A stretch of 64,000 nt of DNA from Vicinamibacterales bacterium (GCA_965223015.1 CBDCVL010000011.1:65487-129486); one strand, 5' to 3'. Counted from the stretch's first letter, positions 27,008 to 36,217 are shown. Numbers and translations are program-made. The notes: generated by a model not told the origin, from the letters alone.

Positions 27008-27310
27008 ATGGGATGGGTGCTGGGGGTCGAGGTTGACCGCACCGGCAACGTGTGGATCCTCGATACGTGTGGCGGCTGGTTTCAGGACTGCCTGACCTCG
27101 ACCGAACCACCGGTCCTGAAGTTCGATGTCTCGGGGACCTTCGGCGGTGGGATGGTCGTGCATCCGCACGCACGGGATGGGACGGTCACGTCCTTCGTTC
27201 CGGATCCGAACCCCGCCGGCGCCCAGGAGCTGGTCGTGGTGGCTCCCGACGGTACGATGTACACCGGCTATACCATCGGCAGGTCGGTCAAGAAGTACAT
27301 CAAGAACTAG
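27008..27310 (+). pseudogene. Internally deleted remnant of an NHL/PAL-like six-bladed beta-propeller gene
   Basis: 100 aa. It has an N-terminal-type blade (VEVDRTGNVWILDTCGG...C..S..PPVLKFDVSG.FGGGM.VHPHA) and a C-terminal-type end (VVVAPDGTMYTGYTIGRSVKKYIKN), but the middle blades are missing. Confidence 0.35.
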
Positions 27311-27372
27311 CCGGCTGTCTGTCGTGCCTGAGTGAGCTCACGCGAACCCCAGCCACCAGCGTCGGGTCACGA

Positions 27373-29553
27373 TCACTCGGCGAGCGGATCCGGCCGGATC
27401 TGGAACCGGACGATCTCGCTCGTCGTCCCCTTTCCGCCCTCCATATGGAAGGTCGAGCCGGTGTTGAAGCTGGCCCACAGGCCTCGACCCTTCCACCCGG
27501 CGTTGGGATCGTCGATCCGGCCGTCAAGCCCTCGGCTGTAGAAGCCCAGCGGATAGGGCACGCGCATCACGACCCACTCTTCGGTCTCCGGTTGTAGCGC
27601 GATGAGTGCGTCCGATGTGGTGCCGGTCGCGATCGGGACGTTTGCGCCGAGACCCAGCGTGTTGGCCTGGTCGACCCAGCTGTAATAGTGGTAGTCGGCG
27701 TTGGCGGATCCGTCAACACTCTTCATCCGCGGACCCGGTGTCTGATGCAGGGTCCACCCCTCCGGGCAATGCTGCCCGGTCGCGGTCGGTCCGTTCATCA
27801 CTTCGCACTTGCTCCGGTCGAAGCTCGCGAAGTGGCCACTCCCGCCGAGGGCGGTCCAGATCAGCCCATTCCCATCGACGTCGATCCCCCTCGGGCCGTA
27901 GCCCCACAGGCCCGGGTCTCCCGTCGGATCGTAGGGCGGTTCGTACACCTCTGACTTGCACGTCTCGGGTGGATTGTCGCCGAGCTCCAGCCGGATCAGC
28001 TGCCCTGGAACTGGGAACCGTCGCGTGACCCAGACTGAGCCGTCCGGATGAGGAATGACGCCGTAGCCGCGCCGAAACTTGTCGAGGCTGCCGATGCGTG
28101 TGTCCTGTGTCGGGTCGATCTCGACGTCGCCGTCGGCAGTCGGTTCATTCCAGGGCTTGGTGATCGTGCCGTCGCCGTTGGTGTCGATGACTGTCGGACA
28201 CCAGCCTTGCGCCATGCGCTCGTCGCCGGTTTCATCGTAGAGGCGTGTGTTCAGCCAGCCGATGGCCTCGGTGGAGCCACTGAGCCAGAGCGTGTCGTCC
28301 GCATCATCAGCGAACTGCAGATGGTGCGTGAAAAAGCATGTGTCGACCAGCTCGAAGGTTTCAGTCTCCGGATCGTAGTACGACACCTGTCTCGATTCGG
28401 CGGTGTGCTGAATCGGGTAGTACTGCCCCGACGGGTGCTCCGCGCACCACGCAGGCAGAGTGTTCGGGCGTACGGCCTGCGTGATCCAGAGGCGGCCCTT
28501 GCCATCCATCATCGGGTTGTGGGCGCTGCGACTGACGAGCGCGGGGCGTGGTTCGTCGCCCCAGTAGAGCGAGGGGATGGCCTGTGACGATCCCTGGTAC
28601 GAGGCAGTGCGCCGCTCTCGCTCGACGCGGGTCGGCAAATCCATGCGAACCGAGCGGTTGTTCTGGATATCGGTGATGACGAGCCCAGCGCCACCCACGC
28701 CATAGATCGGCCCGTTCGGATTCACCGTGGGGTTGCGTTTGTCGGTCGAGACGTTGTCGTGAACCATCCCGCGAGGGTGGCCCCATCCCCACATCGTCAG
28801 GACGACATTTCGTTCAACGCCCTGCGGCCGGGGAGGGGTCGGCGGCAGCTCGCCGCTTTGGATGCGATCCGTCCAGTCGGCAAACAACTGGGTAGCACGC
28901 TCCCCCCCGATCCGGTTGATTTCGGCCGCCATGGCCGGACCTGCTCCGCCGGCCCGAATCCGATGCGCCCATGCCTCCGCAGTCGAATCGAAATCAGTTT
29001 GGTCGAGCATCGGCATCTCTCGCGTCGCCTGGTTCCCCAGCTGATGACACAACTGGCACCCGTCCTTCATCCGGTCAACCCAGTCGGCCTGCGTCCGCAT
29101 CGCCGTCCCAATACCGTTTCCGCGTGGTCCCGTGCCAGGGAAGTCACTGGCGGGGGGCACCTCGAGCAGTGAGTACCAGTAGTTGGCCGGATAGATTTCC
29201 GCCGCTTCCTCTGGCGTCGGCGCCACAGTCGCCGCGAGGTTGAGTTCCTCTCCGGGCTGGGCCGAGGTCTTTGCAGAGTCAACCAACCCGTAGCCGCGGA
29301 CCCAGACGTCGTAGCTCGCGTCCGGGAGCTCAGGAAGAAGAAAGCGACCCTCGTCGTTGGTGACCACGATCTTGCGGAACGACGTGTCAAAGTCGTCGGT
29401 TTCAGCAATGACCCAGACGCCCGCCTCGGGACCACTTGGCCCGTTGACGACGCCACTGATGGCATCGTCGGCAGCGAAGAGTGACCCGCTCATTCCGACG
29501 AGCACCGCAGCCCCGACCACGCTACACATCGCCGCCCAAGTACGTCTTCTCAT
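27373..29553 (-). CDS. Secreted CarboxypepD_reg-like domain + single heme-c motif + beta-propeller protein
   Basis: 726 aa. Signal peptide, then ISGVVNGPSGPEAGVWVIAE...NDEGRFLLPELPDASYDVWVRGYG (Ig-like regulatory domain), CQLCH, and later propeller-type blades (DGKGRLWITQ, PDGSVWVT, DGNGLIWTAL). Confidence 0.8.
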   Translation of the reverse strand: MRRRTWAAMCSVVGAAVLVGMSGSLFAADDAISGVVNGPSGPEAGVWVIAETDDFDTSFRKIVVTNDEGRFLLPELPDASYDVWVRGYGLVDSAKTSAQPGEELNLAATVAPTPEEAAEIYPANYWYSLLEVPPASDFPGTGPRGNGIGTAMRTQADWVDRMKDGCQLCHQLGNQATREMPMLDQTDFDSTAEAWAHRIRAGGAGPAMAAEINRIGGERATQLFADWTDRIQSGELPPTPPRPQGVERNVVLTMWGWGHPRGMVHDNVSTDKRNPTVNPNGPIYGVGGAGLVITDIQNNRSVRMDLPTRVERERRTASYQGSSQAIPSLYWGDEPRPALVSRSAHNPMMDGKGRLWITQAVRPNTLPAWCAEHPSGQYYPIQHTAESRQVSYYDPETETFELVDTCFFTHHLQFADDADDTLWLSGSTEAIGWLNTRLYDETGDERMAQGWCPTVIDTNGDGTITKPWNEPTADGDVEIDPTQDTRIGSLDKFRRGYGVIPHPDGSVWVTRRFPVPGQLIRLELGDNPPETCKSEVYEPPYDPTGDPGLWGYGPRGIDVDGNGLIWTALGGSGHFASFDRSKCEVMNGPTATGQHCPEGWTLHQTPGPRMKSVDGSANADYHYYSWVDQANTLGLGANVPIATGTTSDALIALQPETEEWVVMRVPYPLGFYSRGLDGRIDDPNAGWKGRGLWASFNTGSTFHMEGGKGTTSEIVRFQIRPDPLAE

Positions 29554-29607
29554 TGTGGAGTCTCCCTTTCGTCCCCTGACAACAACCCTCGCCGCTGGTC
29601 GTGCGCG

Positions 29608-31464
29608 CTACTGTGCGTCTCCCGCTGCCCAGGCCGCGCTGGCGGCTTCGAGCTGTTCCTCCGTTCGAAACTGGATGCGTGCCGCTCGACTCGCCTCTCG
29701 GTAGACGACCCAGACATCCGGCCCGCCTGCGTGATCGACTGCGATGTGGCGCAATTCGGTCCCGATGCTGGGCAGCTTGTAGATCGTGTACTCCTCGGTC
29801 GTCGGATCGAACTTGGCAACGGAGTCGTCGTCCCCCAGGTTCGTCCACACCATGTGATTTCGGTCGACGACGGTCGCGTAGGGATGCGCGTCGATCGGTA
29901 GTCGATGGTACGTCGTCTCACGTGTGTGGATGTCGATCTTCGCCAGGTTAGACCCCCACCAATTCGCCACCCATACCGCGTCGCCGTTCGGATCGGCCGA
30001 GAGTCGGCGCGGTGCCTGGGCGCCGGGGTTGTAGACGTTGCCCGAAAAGCGCAGGGCACCGATGCGGTGAAAGAAGTCGCGGTCAGCCGGCGTGAGCAGA
30101 TCTTCGCGGTCCATCGCGCCCGTGGGTCGCATCGGGACTTCCTCAACCACGCCAGTCGTGCCGTTCGCGTGCCCGACGATGTCCATGTTGAACTGCGCCC
30201 ACCAGCCGTTGCCGAGCCGGTCTCCGGCTGTGCCGTATGTCTGGCCGTCGCCGATCGTCTTGTTCTGGTAGTACGTGAAGTCCTGCGTCTCGGGATCGAA
30301 CTTGAGGGCGCCGTGCCGGTTGCCAATCCAGATGTTGCCCTTGCCGTCCTCCTGGGGGCTTCCCCCAACGCGGAGTGGCTGCGGCGGCGTGTAGAGCTCG
30401 AACGTCTCCGTCGTTGGGTCTAGCCGGCCAAGGCTGCCCGCCGTATCGAACCACAGGATCCCGTTCCGCGCCTTGGTAATGCCGTGGGAGTTGCGCGCGC
30501 GTCGGCCATTGGCTGCCGTCAGCTTGAAACCGGTGACCTGGCCCGTGCGCGGGTCGATCTTGGCGAGCGTGCGAAAGTCGTTTGCCACCGAGTCGGTGAC
30601 CCAGACGTTGCCGTCGTCATCGACCGCGGAGTCGTGCATTCCACCGCCACCACGCATCCCCGACACAATGCCTTCTGACCATTCGCTTCCGTTGATCGAC
30701 ACGAGCTCCGTCGGTAGCTCCGCGATCGGGATGTCGTATTCCGTGACGACGTGGCGCGCAGCCTCTCCCGTTGGGCGCGGCTGCACCGTCAGCGCCAACG
30801 GCGGTGACTCGGGGCCTCGGGCCTTCGTGAGATACGCCGCGAGGTCGTCCCGGAAGTACTCCATCGTGAGTGATGACCGGCCGCCCCCGGTCCATCCGTG
30901 GTAGGACACCTGCGCCATCAAATCGATGATGGCCTGCCAGCCGCGCTCGTCGAACCGGTTTTGTAGCGCCAGGCCTGCTTGGTGACACTCGGTGCAGGTG
31001 ACACGGAAGACCTCCTTGAGTCGGCGATCCTCGCGCGTGTCGGCCGGCAAAGCGTCCATCCAGTCGACGCCAGACAGTTGGTGCGAAAAGTCATCGGTCG
31101 CTGCCAAGGTGAGGTTCTGAGCCACGCGACGCCCCGGCTCCAGGACCACGGCCCCGGTCGCGGTTTCGTAACCCACCGCTTGAGCCCAGACGCGATAGGG
31201 TCCAGCTTCGAGCGGAGGTGCCAGCGGGGGAAAGTAATACCGACCAGCTTCGTCGGTGAAGACGGACGTTGTCACCGGCGTGCCCTCGGCCCGTGCGGAT
31301 ACCGACACCCCGGCCATCGGCTCGCCGGTCGGTGCCGTGATAGTCCCGGAGAGTGGCGGCGGTCCTTCGGATTGCGCGGCGGCGGTCCCCGCGGCTGCCA
31401 GATACATCATGCAGACGCTGCTGATCATTCCCGTCAGCAACGCGATCCGTCTCGGTTTGAGCAT
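29608..31464 (-). CDS. Secreted CarboxypepD_reg-like domain + single heme-c motif + Vgb/NHL-like beta-propeller protein (paralog)
   Basis: Start ATG 31464 preceded by AGGAGA. LSGTITAPTGEPMAGVSVSA...DEAGRYYFPPL...YRVWAQAVGY, CTECH, then blades DDDGNVWVTD, NGILWFDT, DGKGNIWIGN, NGDAVWVAN and NHMVWTNL. Confidence 0.8.
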   Translation of the reverse strand: MLKPRRIALLTGMISSVCMMYLAAAGTAAAQSEGPPPLSGTITAPTGEPMAGVSVSARAEGTPVTTSVFTDEAGRYYFPPLAPPLEAGPYRVWAQAVGYETATGAVVLEPGRRVAQNLTLAATDDFSHQLSGVDWMDALPADTREDRRLKEVFRVTCTECHQAGLALQNRFDERGWQAIIDLMAQVSYHGWTGGGRSSLTMEYFRDDLAAYLTKARGPESPPLALTVQPRPTGEAARHVVTEYDIPIAELPTELVSINGSEWSEGIVSGMRGGGGMHDSAVDDDGNVWVTDSVANDFRTLAKIDPRTGQVTGFKLTAANGRRARNSHGITKARNGILWFDTAGSLGRLDPTTETFELYTPPQPLRVGGSPQEDGKGNIWIGNRHGALKFDPETQDFTYYQNKTIGDGQTYGTAGDRLGNGWWAQFNMDIVGHANGTTGVVEEVPMRPTGAMDREDLLTPADRDFFHRIGALRFSGNVYNPGAQAPRRLSADPNGDAVWVANWWGSNLAKIDIHTRETTYHRLPIDAHPYATVVDRNHMVWTNLGDDDSVAKFDPTTEEYTIYKLPSIGTELRHIAVDHAGGPDVWVVYREASRAARIQFRTEEQLEAASAAWAAGDAQ

Positions 31465-31524
31465 GTGGTCTCCTTCTCGCCCCCGCTGTGTCCGACCTCC
31501 GGCGCCTGACAATCGGACGGTCTG

Positions 31525-31920
31525 TTACTCCTCCGCCACAGTCTTCAGGTAGCCAATGACCTGGCCGATCTGCTCCGCCGACAACGCGTACTGCCACCCC
31601 GGCATCCGAGCTGAGCCGACCATGATGACGTCGCGAACGATGTCCTCGCCCATCGCCCCGACGGTCGTCTGACTCAATATCGGGCCAAGGCTCCGCGGAT
31701 ACGAGGGCTGCCCCATCGGGTCATGGCAGATCGCACACCGCTGCACAAAGAGCTTCCAGCCTGCCGTCTCGTCTTCGGAGAGAGGTGGTGGGGTGACGAC
31801 CGCTGGCATGTCGTAGACCGTCCTCACGACATCTGGGGTCGAGACCTGCGTCTCTCGCAGCCGATCCTGCCCAGGCAGCGCCAGGGCCCCTAATGCGATC
31901 AACAGCCGAAAATACATCAT
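31525..31920 (-). CDS. Small class-I c-type cytochrome
   Basis: Signal peptide MMYFRLLIALGALALPG, CAICH heme motif and a distal Met region (SARMPGW). ATG at 31920; the ORF track starts at GTG 31929. Confidence 0.8.
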   Translation of the reverse strand: MMYFRLLIALGALALPGQDRLRETQVSTPDVVRTVYDMPAVVTPPPLSEDETAGWKLFVQRCAICHDPMGQPSYPRSLGPILSQTTVGAMGEDIVRDVIMVGSARMPGWQYALSAEQIGQVIGYLKTVAEE

Positions 31921-31929
31921 GGTGTTCAC

Positions 31930-31957
31930 ATTCTAGACCCGCGCGGGGCATTGTCAA
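31930..31957 (-). promoter_or_regulatory. Putative hybrid sigma70-type promoter: -35 TTGACA inside the IS6-like terminus, -10 TAGAAT in flanking DNA
   Basis: The minus strand reads TTGACA (31957-31952), a 16-nt spacer, then TAGAAT (31935-31930). The cytochrome c ATG at 31920 would be leaderless or nearly so. Confidence 0.3.
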
Positions 31958-31964
31958 GTCAATG
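31946..31964. repeat. Solo IS6-type terminus
   Basis: GGCATTGTCAAGTCAATGC matches the IS6 termini at 98, 214 and 4005 (GG[CT]ATTGTCA[AG]G). No transposase remnant follows. Confidence 0.45.
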
Positions 31965-32102
31965 CGGGGCATCCCCGGCGAATCGCCGGATCCTCGTTAG
32001 GGTGCCAGTTGGCCACTATATGATTGCCCTGGCTTTGCTTTAGCCAAATGCCACCACAACCTGTCGCTTTCCAGTCCCGGAGACCCGTGGAGCCAACGAG
32101 AT

Positions 32103-32507
32103 ATGCCCAGCAAACGCGCAAAGGGAACGGTCGCCCCTGAGGCGGCGATGAGGGTGGCCGAGGGGATCGGCGAGGCAATCGGGCAGATCGTGAACCGCCT
32201 TGAGTCCCTCGACGCGGAGCGCGCGAAAGCGTACGCGCAGCTGCTGGCGCTTCAGGAACGCCTCAACGCGCACGTCATTCGCTTCGGGCAGGCGATCGAA
32301 CGGGTAGCGACAACGGCCGCATCCGGACGCCCGACCGCAGGGAAACGCCCTCGTGGGAATACACGTCAGCCACGGGCGAGGAACGCTTCGCCAGCCAAGA
32401 CGCCCCCACGCCGGAAGAAGGCTCGGATCAAGTGCGGCGTCTGTGGAACACCGGGACACAACGCGCGCGGACATGCGAAGTGGGAGTCAGCGCGGAGCAA
32501 GAAATAG
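32103..32507 (+). CDS. Small basic coiled-coil protein with a C-terminal zinc-knuckle-like motif
   Basis: 134 aa. The helical part is LESLDAERAKAYAQLLALQERLNAHV, the tail is Arg/Lys/Pro-rich, then CGVCGTPGHNARGH (C-x2-C-x4-H-x4-H). Third-position G+C is high, which supports coding. Confidence 0.5.
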   Translation: MPSKRAKGTVAPEAAMRVAEGIGEAIGQIVNRLESLDAERAKAYAQLLALQERLNAHVIRFGQAIERVATTAASGRPTAGKRPRGNTRQPRARNASPAKTPPRRKKARIKCGVCGTPGHNARGHAKWESARSKK

Positions 32508-32539
32508 CAACGCATGTTGCCGGACTGCACGGAGACGAT

Positions 32540-33382
32540 GTGAGCACACAGACTGTGATGGTCACCGGCGCGACAGCCGGTATTGGGAAGGTCACAGCGC
32601 GAGAAATCGCACGTCAGGGTGCCCGCGTGGTCATCGTAGGGCGCAGCGAGCCGAAGTGTCAGGCGACAGTCGACGAGATCCGCCGCGCAGCCGGGAACGA
32701 TCAGGTCGAGTATCTGCTGGCAGACCTGTCGTCCCTGGCCGAGACCCGTGCGATGGCGGCGCAGTTCAAGGCACGCCACGACCGGCTCGACGTGCTGGTG
32801 AATAACGTCGGCGCGGTCTTCATGGAGTTTGGCGAGACGGCGGACAATCTCGAGCGCACCTTTGCGCTCAACCATCTCAGCGGCTACTTCGTGCTCACCA
32901 ACGAACTGCTCGACGTGCTGAAGGGAAGTGCCCCGGCGCGCATTGTCAATGTCTCGTCCGATGCCCACACCGGGGGCAAGCTGGACTTTGGGCACTTGGA
33001 GATGCGGGACAACTACAGCGGCTTTCGCCAGTACGGCAATACCAAGCTCATGAATGTGCTTTTTACAAAGACCTTGGCCCGTCGGCTGGAGAAAGTAGAG
33101 GTGACCGCCAACGCCTTGCATCCGGGCTTTGTCGCCTCCAACTTTGGCACGAACAACGCGAAGTGGTGGGTACGCCCCATGATGAAGTTCATGCACCTGT
33201 TCGCGATCAGCGAGGACCGAGGAGCCGAGACAAGCATCTATCTGGCCACGTCGCCCGATGTCGAGGGTGTCACCGGGAAGTACTTCGTGAAGTGTCAGGA
33301 GAAGACGCCGGTGGCGGCGGCTCTAGTCGAGGCAGACCAGGACCGCCTGTGGGAAGTGAGCGAAGAAATGGTCGTGAGATGA
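32540..33382 (+). CDS. Short-chain dehydrogenase/reductase (retinol-dehydrogenase-like SDR)
   Basis: VMVTGATAGIGKVTA (TGxxxGIG), NNVG and SS...YGNTK (YxxxK). GTG 32540 is the chosen start; ATG 32558 is also possible. Confidence 0.85.
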   Translation: MSTQTVMVTGATAGIGKVTAREIARQGARVVIVGRSEPKCQATVDEIRRAAGNDQVEYLLADLSSLAETRAMAAQFKARHDRLDVLVNNVGAVFMEFGETADNLERTFALNHLSGYFVLTNELLDVLKGSAPARIVNVSSDAHTGGKLDFGHLEMRDNYSGFRQYGNTKLMNVLFTKTLARRLEKVEVTANALHPGFVASNFGTNNAKWWVRPMMKFMHLFAISEDRGAETSIYLATSPDVEGVTGKYFVKCQEKTPVAAALVEADQDRLWEVSEEMVVR

Positions 33383-33469
33383 GGCGGCATGCTCAACTTT
33401 CCGGAGTACCAGACGCCGGCCGGTCGGCCTGGAATCGAAGCCAAGTTGGCCGGCTCCAGCAAATTGTCA

Positions 33470-33499
33470 TTGACAGCGTCGATGACTGGGGTGTATCAA
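33470..33499 (+). promoter_or_regulatory. Possible sigma70-type promoter upstream of the 33544-38042 cluster
   Basis: TTGACA (33470-33475), an 18-nt spacer, then TATCAA (33494-33499), about 45 nt upstream of the ATG at 33544, which has an AGGAGG RBS. Confidence 0.3.
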
Positions 33500-33543
33500 C
33501 CGTTGAGTTTCTTTTCGAGCGAGCTACATTCAGGAGGTATCAG

Positions 33544-34692
33544 ATGACGCGACGACGGTTCAGGTCGCTCGGAGTGGCCACGGCAATCGCAACTGGCATG
33601 GTGCTCCTACAGCTCACCGCCGTACCGGTTGGTGGGCAGGCTCCAGGTACGACTGTGTGGGGACATCCCAACCTGGAGGGTATTTGGCTGGATGTGTACT
33701 CTACGCCCTTCGAACGGTCACCCGATGTCGGTGATCGGGAGCTCGCGACGGCCGAAGAGCGCGCTGCCCGAGACCAGGCTCGCATGGGCAGCCAGGGGCG
33801 GAACGTGCGCTCCGGTCGCGCCGTGCGTGACGTGGCTGGCGCCTACAATGCCGTCTACACGTCGGCCAGGCCGGCCGGCCCGCGGACCTCGCTTGTCGTC
33901 GATCCGCCAAACGGACGGATTCCGGCACTCACGCCCGAGACCGTGAGCCAGAACGAGGTCCGGCGAGAGTTCAATCTCATGCTGATGCAAAACACGGAGA
34001 CCTGCGAGACTGACGCGCCAGGGTGCAGAGGCGGGAAGTACGGGCCACCGTCACCGCGCAGGTTCGATGTCGCTCCCTTCTACAACACGGGGCGCATGAA
34101 CCGCCACGACGGCCCGGAGGATCAAAGCATGGGCGACCGTTGCATGCTTGGGAACACTCCCGATCTGAACGGGTTCCGTCGCATCGTGCAGGGCGAAGAC
34201 TCAGTCGCGATCGGCTATGACACCGGACAAGGCCAGGGATTCCAACGCGTCATCAACCTTTCTGGGACTCATCCGCCGAGTCAGATTCACCTGCGGCACG
34301 GCGATTCCCGTGGTCAGTGGGAGGGTCAGACGCTGGTCATCGAGACGACGAATTTCTCAGCGAAGTTCCGCTATCGTGGTTCGGGCGAGAACCGCAAGCT
34401 GGTCGAGCGGTATACGCCAATCGACGCCGACACGCTCGAGTATGAGATGACGATCGAAGATCCGACCGTGTGGACCGCGCCGTGGACCGTCCGTCAGGAG
34501 TTGAAGCGTCAAAGTGATGAGGAGAACCGGATCTACTACGAGCCGCGGTGTCACGAGGGGAACTACGGGTTGCCAGCACTGTTGATCGGCGCGCGTATCG
34601 AGGAGCAGGAATTCGCCGAAGGCCTCGGCCCTGATCCGTTCTCTCTGGACACCGCGTCGTGCGTCGGTGGCATATTGGAGGAGATCAACTAG
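33544..34692 (+). CDS. Secreted protein of unknown function (paralog A)
   Basis: AGGAGG RBS and signal peptide MTRRRFRSLGVATAIATGMVLLQLTAVPVGGQA. It shares NGRIP, G.WEG..LV(I/V)...NF and V(W/F)TAPWT(V/I) with the next gene. Confidence 0.75.
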   Translation: MTRRRFRSLGVATAIATGMVLLQLTAVPVGGQAPGTTVWGHPNLEGIWLDVYSTPFERSPDVGDRELATAEERAARDQARMGSQGRNVRSGRAVRDVAGAYNAVYTSARPAGPRTSLVVDPPNGRIPALTPETVSQNEVRREFNLMLMQNTETCETDAPGCRGGKYGPPSPRRFDVAPFYNTGRMNRHDGPEDQSMGDRCMLGNTPDLNGFRRIVQGEDSVAIGYDTGQGQGFQRVINLSGTHPPSQIHLRHGDSRGQWEGQTLVIETTNFSAKFRYRGSGENRKLVERYTPIDADTLEYEMTIEDPTVWTAPWTVRQELKRQSDEENRIYYEPRCHEGNYGLPALLIGARIEEQEFAEGLGPDPFSLDTASCVGGILEEIN

Positions 34693-34697
34693 GAGTG

Positions 34698-35684
34698 ATG
34701 ATGCCAGAACGGTTCAGAGGTTCGACAGTTGTGATAGCTCTCGTCGCCGCGACCGTCGGCGCCGTCATGACGCTCGCGGTGACGAGCACCACCGAGGAAG
34801 CCCAAGCCCAGACTCAGACGCAGCGTGCGGAACGGACCCCGGACGGTAGACCCAACTTTGACGGTGTGTGGCAGGCCAACAACGAGGCGCATTGGGATCT
34901 CGAAGCCCACGGTCCGCGTGCAGGGATGGTCATGCAGGAGGGCGTCTACCCCTTCGAGTATGCAAGAGTCCCCGCGGCTCCGGTCTTGGCGCTTGGCGCG
35001 GCGGCGGGAGTTCCCGCGTCGCTGGGCGTCGTCGGAGGTAACGGGCGGATCCCGTACAAACCGGAGACTCGGAGGATCAAGCAGGAGAACTCCGAGAACT
35101 GGATCGACCGCGACCCCGAGCTCAAGTGCTACCTCCCGGGCATCCCACGCGCCATGTATATGCCCTATCCGTTTCAGATCGCGCAGGGCGGCGACAAGAT
35201 CCACATGACGTTCGGTTTTTCGAATGCCGCACGCGTCATCCATCTGAACGACGTGACGAAGCCGCCGGACTATACGTACATGGGACATTCAGTCGGACGA
35301 TGGGAAGGGGATGTGCTGGTTGTCGACGTCAATTACTTCAACGGCAGGAACTGGTTCGACCGGGCCGGCAATTTCCATGGCGAAGGATTGCAGTTGACCG
35401 AGCGCTTTTCGCAGATCACGCCAGACGCGATCTGGTACGAAGCGACCGTGACCGATTCGGAGGTCTTCACGGCCCCCTGGACAATCTCGATGCCGTTGTA
35501 TCGTCGTTTGGAGCCGAACGCCACGGCGTTTGATTACCCTTGCATCGACTTTGCCGAGGAGTTCATGTACGGAAACCTTCGCAAGGAGCAGTTGGTCCAG
35601 CGATGGGAGGGCGAGACCCTCATTGTGGACATCACGCGGAAGATTCCGCCCGGTGATCTCCTCCATGAGTGGTATCGGCGGTAG
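34698..35684 (+). CDS. Secreted protein of unknown function (paralog B)
   Basis: AGGAG RBS and a signal/anchor sequence. GRWEGDVLVVDVNYFNG...LTERFSQITPDAIWYEATVTDSEVFTAPWTISMPL parallels paralog A. Confidence 0.75.
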   Translation: MMPERFRGSTVVIALVAATVGAVMTLAVTSTTEEAQAQTQTQRAERTPDGRPNFDGVWQANNEAHWDLEAHGPRAGMVMQEGVYPFEYARVPAAPVLALGAAAGVPASLGVVGGNGRIPYKPETRRIKQENSENWIDRDPELKCYLPGIPRAMYMPYPFQIAQGGDKIHMTFGFSNAARVIHLNDVTKPPDYTYMGHSVGRWEGDVLVVDVNYFNGRNWFDRAGNFHGEGLQLTERFSQITPDAIWYEATVTDSEVFTAPWTISMPLYRRLEPNATAFDYPCIDFAEEFMYGNLRKEQLVQRWEGETLIVDITRKIPPGDLLHEWYRR

Positions 35685-35761
35685 CAGGTAGCGGCCGGCG
35701 CTCCCGCGGATCGAAAAAGGAGATCGATGCAGGAATCAGTAGAAGAGGGGAGACGAGATAC

Positions 35762-36217
35762 ATGAGAGCGAGACACCTTATTGGAATGGTAGTGCCGGTT
35801 GTCGGGGTCTGTGTGTGGCTGGCGGCAGCCGACGCGCCCGTAGCAGCGCATCACGCGTTCGCTGCCGAGTTCGACGCTGATAGACCCGTTGAGTTCTCTG
35901 GAAAAGTCTCGAAGGTCGAGTGGATCAACCCCCACGTCTGGATTCACATCGACGTGGTGACGGACAACGGTGCGTCGGAGGCCTGGGCCTTTGAAGCCGG
36001 CACCCCGAACGTCCTGTTCAGGCGAGGCTTCACGCGGGAGTCACTGCTGCCGGGAACCGACGTCCAGGTCGATGGGTATCAGGCGAAGGACGGGACGAAC
36101 CGGGCGAACGGCCGGGACATTACGTTTGCCGATGGGTCGAAGCTCTTTCTCGGTTCGTCTGGCACCGGCGCCCCCTATGAACTGGCGCGGCCCGGGGTCG
36201 ACACGGTCGACCGGTAA
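35762..36217 (+). CDS. Small secreted protein, DUF6152-like
   Basis: Signal peptide ending AHHAFAAEFD, then VEFSGKVSKVEWINPHVWIHIDV...WAFEAGTPNVLFRRGF...PGTDVQVDGYQAKDG. This pattern matches DUF6152 proteins as I remember them. Confidence 0.7.
   Translation: MRARHLIGMVVPVVGVCVWLAAADAPVAAHHAFAAEFDADRPVEFSGKVSKVEWINPHVWIHIDVVTDNGASEAWAFEAGTPNVLFRRGFTRESLLPGTDVQVDGYQAKDGTNRANGRDITFADGSKLFLGSSGTGAPYELARPGVDTVDR

Noticed and set aside
31965-32102. Remnant of an IS6 transposase gene next to the solo terminus at 31946
   Set aside because: No frame gives the conserved RYRFP..ISHAVWLY N-terminus within the expected ~30-40 nt, and the region has stops in all frames.
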